Shown: positions 35,858 to 43,052 of the stretch, piece after piece
Position numbering within the stretch: position 1 is the stretch's first letter
Layout of the letters: each line of letters starts with the position of its first letter
Origin: Albugo candida
Lineage: Eukaryota
Assembly: GCA_040437565.1 (NCBI GenBank)
Contig: JBDOQK010000057.1
Span: 186,001 to 229,052 of the forward strand
DNA: 43,052 bases
Direction: 5' to 3'
The notes under the pieces: generated by a model
The model's database searches: none
Seen by the model: only the letters and a program-made list of their open reading frames with translations
Told to the model about the DNA's origin: nothing
Position numbers and translations under genes: made by a program

Positions 35858-36349
35858 AGCTGAAGGTGTCTATATTACTAGAATCAGACTAACTGACTTC
35901 TCTAGTTGCCTAGGCTATCTTAAATAACATATATACATATAAAAACGTTTCGCGAAAAACCTGTGAGAGATGATAATATGTCCCTGGTTGCTAGTCCTGC
36001 AGTGCGGTAGCGCCCACCACTACAGTACGAGCGTGTATCCATCGTGTAACGGATAAATGTTGAAAGTTGTATAAAGTTGTGCAAAGTGGTCCAAAAGTAC
36101 CGTGTTTTGCAAAAGGGTCCAAAGTACCGTATTGTGCGAATTGGTGTGCGACATAATACGGTGAGCATAATTAGCCAGCTAGGACTAGGATCCGAGTTGC
36201 ACTTGCCTTTCCACTCGCCTGTGCCAGACCCGCAGCAATTATCTTCAACTTCTACGAAATCCACCGAATGATCCTTGCGTTGCGGGTTGTTCCAAAACTT
36301 CAGCAAGCCGAACGTGTTCCTTGTGGTCGTAACGCTGTCTTCGAAAGTA
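35858..36349 (-). mobile_element. Second copy of the L1/Tx1-like LINE 3' end
   Basis: Encodes YFRRQRYDHKEHVRLAEVLEQ...RVERQVQLGS*, homologous to 13464-13628. The last ~110 nt are nearly identical to 13820-13932. Truncated by the gap at 36350. Confidence 0.9.
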
Positions 36350-36639
36350 NNNNNNNNNNNNNNNNNNNNNNNNNNNNNNNNNNNNNNNNNNNNNNNNNNN
36401 NNNNNNNNNNNNNNNNNNNNNNNNNNNNNNNNNNNNNNNNNNNNNNNNNTTAATAGGAACTCGACCGATGATGAAGTGGCCTCATAAATCGATGATCTCA
36501 CAAAATAATCCGAGTATTAGAGCCACGGCGCTAAATTCTCCTCATTGTATAGTGCACGACACCTATAACCGACACCCCCATATTTTTGCGGCCAAATTTC
36601 CAAAAATCTATTTCATGCAGAGTATACTTCTAACGTGGC

Positions 36640-36725
36640 AAAAACCTGTTTTGTGAACCAATCACGTGAGAAAAACCTGTTTTGTGAACCAATCACGTGA
36701 GGAATACCTGTTTTGTGAACCAATC
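36640..36725 (+). repeat. 31-bp tandem repeat, about 2.8 copies
   Basis: AAAAACCTGTTTTGTGAACCAATCACGTGAG at 36640 and 36671, partial copy at 36702. Confidence 0.95.
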
Positions 36726-38559
36726 GGAATCCGAAATTAGTATGTTACGCGAAACTATAGGCTGGACACCTATGTAGATGTATATTTAGACTAAATACAG
36801 TAGATACATAACCAACACCCTCAAACATTCTAAACAGCAAAAAACATTCGCTAGGCAACATGGTACAACTATCAAAGCGCAAAAAACACCTGCAGAATGC
36901 CAGAAACGCAAAAAAAAAACATCAGAGTTNNNNNNNNNNNNNNNNNNNNNNNNNNNNNNNNNNNNNNNNNNNNNNNNNNNNNNNNNNNNNNNNNNNNNNN
37001 NNNNNNNNNNNNNNNNNNNNNNNNNNNNNATCTCCGTTTCTTTATGTAGTGCATTTTGGTCCTGCTTGAAATAGGTTTAGCTGAATAGAGTTAGCATCAT
37101 GGGGTCACAAATGCATCTAATTTGAAAGAAGATTGTATGGCTCAAAACGTCATAAGAAAGATGTAGTGGGAGCGTAGTTAAGAAGTGTTTCCTCCCATTT
37201 CAGCTGTCAAAGCGCCGATTAGTTCCTTTCTCCGAAATGTGGGGATGTTACAGCTTACCGTTGAGACCTCTAGTAGCAAAGCAGCAAAAGAATCAATGCA
37301 ATTGGAAGCGGACGTTCCAGGTGTCTACGAAAGGATTGTTACTGACAGATGTTTTCAAGAAGGATAATGATAGTAAATGGAAAGTCGGCAAGTGCATCTT
37401 ATCTGCACGTGTCTGGTGACACGAAATCGTTTTAAAGCTAAACGATTCATCGTGACCTGTACAATGGGAGGCCTGGATACCTTATCATGCTCTCGATATC
37501 AGAAAAAAACGGAATCCCACACACATAAAGTGGTCTTTTTCCCCCCAACCATCTCATACTGAACTTTCAAACGTATGAATTACGACGTCAAGCAACAAAA
37601 TTCCTCAAAAATGTCTCCGTGTTGTTGAATTCCCTGCCCATCCGACACTTACACATGTATCTCACAACGATGAAGAAATCATTCATAAAACATGAAGAAG
37701 AGCCACCACATTCATATTCTCGTGATCGGGACTATGTGCTTTCCATATTCTTGATATAGATCGTCCTGACCGCTATTTCCGGTCATTACTAACGCTTCTG
37801 TTGGGTGAGTGATGGGAATGAGCATTATATCGACAACTCAAAGGCGAATCGTTGGATCACATTCAATGGCACAATATTGGCGTTTTCGAGTATGAAGAAA
37901 GCAATCGAACGATCAGATCGGTATCGGACTCAGTTTATTTTCTATTGTGCAAAAAGCTCAATTACAAAGTCGACTTTGAAAATTGAAGGCGCTGAACGAG
38001 ATGGTACACTGCTATAAGCTAAAGCGATGTTTCTTTTATGTCTACCGCAACTGATTTTGTCAATATCATTCGCAATGAAGATACAGATGTGGATGCAAGC
38101 TTTTTGGATAGAAATTAAATCACGTAGGGAGACCACCTTGTCGCCACGTTCATCGCGCAAAACACTAAATACTTACCACAAGTTCACCAAGAGGGAACTC
38201 CTTTTCTTGCCAACCTGTACACAATTCAAGCATAGCGGGGAGTATGTAAGGATTTGCACGCAACAAGCCTTCGACTTTGCTCGACAATATCTCTCCGCTA
38301 CTACAAAAGCTGAAGTATGATAGACAGAGTTTGGGCGAAAAGTTCTAATGGCTGGGCAAGATCGATCATACCAAAAATATTGGCCATCTCAATCGCGGAA
38401 AAGGTCACAGTCACGGGTGAATAGCAAGCATACACGTGCAAATGTGCACAGCCATATAGTCGATAGGAAAAAAACATGCTCGAGAGCACGTGAAAGCGAG
38501 ACAGCATGAAAAGACCAATCGGTTGAACCGAGAAGTAAGAGAAAAAAAGCAGAAACTAT

Positions 38560-39130
38560 GACATGAAGCAGCTAAAAAAATTTCATGCCTCAAGTTTGAG
38601 CGGAAATATGGCATGTCTGAAACGGTCTATAAGAAGTTGGTGCAGACATTGTATCCGAGTTGTGACAGCTATGAAACAATACGCACGAGTTTTATTGACT
38701 GAAGGAGTTGTGTCCTTTTCGCTTAACTCTTAATGTACCTGACCTCGCAAATTAGGCTCTCCACCTGTTTCAAGGTGTGATTATCGTTAAAAACATCGGT
38801 ACTGAGTCATACCAACAGAGCATTTTACAGGATCTCAGTGGGGAGAAATGAAGGATTAAGTTGGGCTTATGTTGCCAATGAAGGACTTTGAAAAGTGGAG
38901 CTCCTGACTATGAATGAGTATGTGTTGTGAACAAAACAAATCTCGCGTCTGGTGCAATTGCACTGCGGAATCTAAGCCACACTTTGCCTTGTAGCGCCAA
39001 TGTGATTGTCACTACCCATCAAATCCTCGACTAGCTACGAATGGAATCAGGCAGGATGTATTTGATCGTGTTTTATGTATATGGTGCCCTGTTCCGAAGA
39101 CGTAATGATTCGGAGACTTTCCGAGAAATA
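38560..39130 (+). pseudogene. Possible highly decayed PIF/Harbinger-type transposase
   Basis: FERKYGMSETVYKKLVQTLYP resembles F-x-R-x-YRMS...L..L.P; downstream GAI, NQAGC...FMY and NDSETFRE occur in the expected order but in broken frames. Confidence 0.35.
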
Positions 39131-42100
39131 GCCTACATGTTCCGCATCAAAGGTAAGTGAGAATCATAAGGAACATATTGATCAGCTTCTCAAAGCACTT
39201 GCATCGCTTAATGTGTGTGTTTAGAGCTTGACGCAATCAAAAGAAGTCTCATACTTCTCTTCTCTGTGTTGTATTATACCCTCTCTATAACTCTAATCGA
39301 AAACAAAGCAATTGATCCTGCGGTATCAGACAATGCTTTCTGCAAGGTTGACGGCAACTCACATTCTTTATAGAATCTCGAATGTTTACGTTTACTCCGT
39401 GCTTCTAGTCTGTATCTTATCGATATTCACCGCATTATGGACGAGGAAGTTTCGGACTGCTCCAAGCATCCCGATGTAGAATCTTGGCATTATTTGGCGA
39501 GGACGCGCAGATATTGCCTTCTCGGGAATATTCAAGAGAGAAAGACAAAAACCCTATCTCGCCATGTGGTCTCACTGAAGTCAAATTGATGCGTTCGAGT
39601 CCTTCTGCACGAAAACGACACTCACGCTTTCCTTTTTGCGGCGCTTAAGAAAGTGCCGATCGGACCACTGTCTCTGTACTTGCAACTGCTCAGTGAGCTG
39701 TCAAGCTCCAACATTCCGAACGACAGAAACATATATCTCTGAGGAACCACTTTGCGCTTTCAATGCATATGGATCAAGACACCTTCCTACAGAAACGACA
39801 AACCATTCAGAACGGGCAGCGTTCTAATATTTGATACCGCATCAAGCAATCAGCTTACTAACCTCGAAGCATCTTGGTAAATGAGCGTTTCAACGAGCTG
39901 GCCTCGAGCGTTTTCATTTGATTGTATCAGTGAGGCAATCCCGGACAATGGATGCAGCTTCTCAGACGCTCCCACCAGCTCTCACAAAGCATAAATTTTG
40001 ACCTGCTACATTAGAAATCACTGGTGGGAAATAATTGTGAAAACATCAGCTTCCAGCCCTTAAACGCAAACATGTCGAAACACTTTACTATGGACCAATT
40101 GTGTCCGTCATTCAAACACCTCGCGATCAAAACGAGGATCAATTTTGACCCATCTATTCTGTCAAGCATGAGAATGGGATCTCAATGAAAGCATCACCGG
40201 ATTTTAATTATAGTCGATCGCACCTTTTGTTTGTACTTTGTCGATACAGCAAAGCAAAAAAGTAGGAAAAAAGCTGGTCTCATTATTTGCACAGGTTTGT
40301 ACAAAAATGTTTTGCACTTTTCTTTTGCTCGAGATCTAGCTCATGATTTTATACTTTTTGGCGGTGGAATCAGCAAGCAACTCAAAATACTGGTAGTAAA
40401 CTGTGCTGACCGATGATATTGGAGTGCGTAATACAGATTTTCAAACAACGCCACCACACGCGGGAAAGCAAACTACTGGAGCTCGCATTGCCATCTGGAA
40501 GAATCATTTCTTCAAAAAAGAACGCTGATTGTGATCCAGCAGATTTAAAATCGAATATACGATAAATGTAGCGTCCGTCCCGAACGAAGAGACCATTTTG
40601 GTTGTAATCACGTCAACGCAAAGCGTTCTAGGAATTCGTCAATGTATCAAGCAAGCTCATTGCCATCTTCTTTTCCGGCCTACTTTTCTCCAACAATACG
40701 GATGGCTTAGCCTGATTCTCCCTCGATTGACTCGGACAACCGCAGGTCAATTTTCTGTATTGGTACTACTGCTTGTCACAATGATTGCATCAGTGCTGAT
40801 GTCAATATTACGTAACGCTAGTCGAAATTTAGTGTTCCAGATGGAGACCTTAAGACTGGATTTAGGGTGATATTGATCAGCGGCTGGATACATCGCTATC
40901 GTGACCCGGATTCGTCGTTTGTTTTTCTGGGTTACTTTTGATTGACACATTTTCTTTCTTTAAGGTGGCGTGAACGGCACTTGCGTATGATTCTTCATCA
41001 ATGTTTCCACTGGCACACTGATTCATTCAAAATAGCTTGTTCTTGACCTTCTCCGAGGGTGTTCGGAAACGTTATATTGACGTCGTCGCGATCCACTAAT
41101 TGTATCTTGCGATTGTGTTTATTGATCTGTGGGTGTATCTTTTACGTGCTGTATACGGTGGTCTGAGAAAAGTTTTTTCCGCTAGTACGAGTCTAACTTT
41201 GGTTTGTGTGTTGGCAACAGTGTGCACGGAAGGAATCGACCTAAAGTGAAGACCGCTGTAGACTAAAAGCAAGCTCTACCGTGTCGTCGAAGTAATGAGA
41301 AGAGGAGCAGCATCAAGACGATCGAATACGAGCACAATCCACCAGAACACTCGTCAATAAGATATTGTTCAAGCAGCAGCTGGTTCATGATGCCCGCCGC
41401 GACTAAGGCTCAGGTAGTTAATTGGCATAACGAATCACCATATCACTACAGAATAATAAGAAAAACGGAAAAGTTTCAAATCGATTTTTACAGTCCAAGT
41501 AGTACTAACCGTGCAACTAAGCTGCTGTTTATGATAAAGTACTAAGAAGATGTCAGTGTGAATAGTCACATCTTTTCTGACGACATGGATGAATAAGACC
41601 TTGGCCTAGTTTGTCTACCAATTTCGCGCAAACAATTCTTGTTGTACTATATATTCTTTCTGGCGGTCTGTTGCATTTTTTTAAATCAATAACGCGACGT
41701 CAAAGATCTCGTACGTCTCTCAACAGCAAGGATCAACGTATAATCCTTGGAAGGTATATCAAAGCGCAGTGGCGACATCTGCTTCCAAATAGCGTTTTAT
41801 AAAATTGTTGAGTTCATGAGATATATGAAGATTCAGAACCAAGAAGCCAATGAAGACGATATCGGACACCGGAGGGGAAGCTCGACCAGGTGAAGTCACG
41901 GAGTGGAGGTGACCGAAATTATTCACGAGTTAGTGAAACCATATCAATCCGAAGAAATTAACGAAGAAGTGATATTTACATCAGAAGATACGGTCCGAAC
42001 CATACCGGATAGAACTTGTACTATGGCGAAATTTGATTCCATTCAAATCAGGACTACCATACATAATGGCAGCCGTATTGAGAAGACTCCAAGCTCGATT

Positions 42101-42966
42101 GTGAAGGACTCAGTATCGTCAGAGAGCTTAGTATTCGATCCGTTGTTTATACCGATATCTGTTGGTGAGGCGTTTGTCAGCGGTTGTGGCACGGCCAAAG
42201 TTGCGTGACAAAAACATGTGGGAAAAAGTTCGTATAGGATAAACGACTACATCTGGCTGTCACCGTATGATGTTGAACGCACGATGAAGCTAAGACCGAC
42301 TGCACAGCGAGAGTTGATCAGATAGCGTATGGCGATAGATTACTGTATACAGCAATTCCATTACTCATTGTACTGTATGGAATATTAGTCCGCTCGGACA
42401 CTCATCAACAGCGTCGCTCCTTTGCACTACTTAGGGCTTGGAAGAACTTAATTTTAACCTGAGGTTCATCAAGAGTATGGTAAGCGGCAAACGAATGAGT
42501 ATCTCGACCTAAATGCGGCGTTAAATCGTTTCGCGTGATAAAGCAGCTCAAGTCCTTAATGGCATCATGATCGATCATCACGGTGCAACGGGTCATAGTC
42601 ATCACGATCGCGACATTTCAATATATAATGATCCCAAGCTGCATGATTTCAGTGTTTGTAAAGCGTGGACTGGATTGTGGAGAGCGTATCGAACATATTC
42701 GCTCGAAGCGCACTACGCGTGGGAATCATTTTTTATTTCAACTGGGGACACTTTTTTTTTATATTAAAGCTTACCTATGGTAACTTACTTTTGCTGTCTG
42801 ACTTCAATGTTCAAAATGACAGTCAGACCTCTGCATAGGTGATAGAATATCCTTATCATCTACAGATATGTAAGGTTCGTGAGAAACGAATAGCAATCTT
42901 TGAGTCATACCTTGGATTGCACTTGACGGATTTAAGTTGTTTCGTCGGATAGTCGAGGTGTTTAGA

Positions 42967-43052
42967 CTTCATCAAAGTAGTGTGTCATAAAAACTGAGTG
43001 ATATAAGCACGCATATATCACTCAGTTTTTATGACACACTACTTTGATGAAG
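42967..43052. repeat. Perfect inverted repeat, 39-bp arms with 8-nt loop, at the end of the window
   Basis: 42967-43005 is the exact reverse complement of 43014-43052; loop AGCACGCA. Confidence 0.97.

Larger units (their letters stand above)
13125..37029. other. Six 100-N scaffold gaps (13125, 19903, 28693, 33260, 36350, 36930)
   Basis: N-runs of exactly 100. Three are flanked by exact direct duplications: 19737-19902/20003-20168, 28627-28692/28793-28858, 32977-33259/33360-33642. Confidence 0.98.

Noticed and set aside
36640..36725. CRISPR-like 31-bp repeats
   Set aside because: Units are contiguous with no spacers, there are no cas genes, and the context is eukaryotic.
88..42783. Most 60-140 aa ORFs in the supplied track
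   Set aside because: They are antisense or alternate-frame shadows of TE pseudogenes, often with non-ATG starts or spanning N gaps.

Overview
Eukaryotic, repeat-saturated scaffold with six 100-N gaps; a transposable-element graveyard rather than a prokaryotic locus. The TE families, GT-AG introns and an INR/FPR-like promoter motif suggest an oomycete (inference). Contents: three decayed Ty1/copia LTR retrotransposons (2756-7489 +, 8618-12974 -, 23079-26826 -), all with half-tRNA-iMet-type primer sites; three 3' ends of an L1/Tx1-like LINE lineage sharing a terminal stem-loop; two pogo-like DDE transposase pseudogenes, each apparently carrying a spliceosomal intron; a hAT transposase pseudogene; an internally deleted MULE; a TIR element with Merlin-like ends; and a possible Harbinger remnant. 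Highlights: an in-frame junction between a pogo-like transposase and the C-terminus of tryptophan synthase beta (16232-16460), a short retroposon nested with TSD in a copia LTR, an orphan 867-nt ORF, a small signal-peptide ORF with a promoter motif, and two perfect fold-back palindromes at contig ends (probably artefacts). I found no rRNA, tRNA, CRISPR array or intact TE ORF, and no clear evidence of an intact novel multi-gene system. All identifications come from manual translation and alignment, not database searches.
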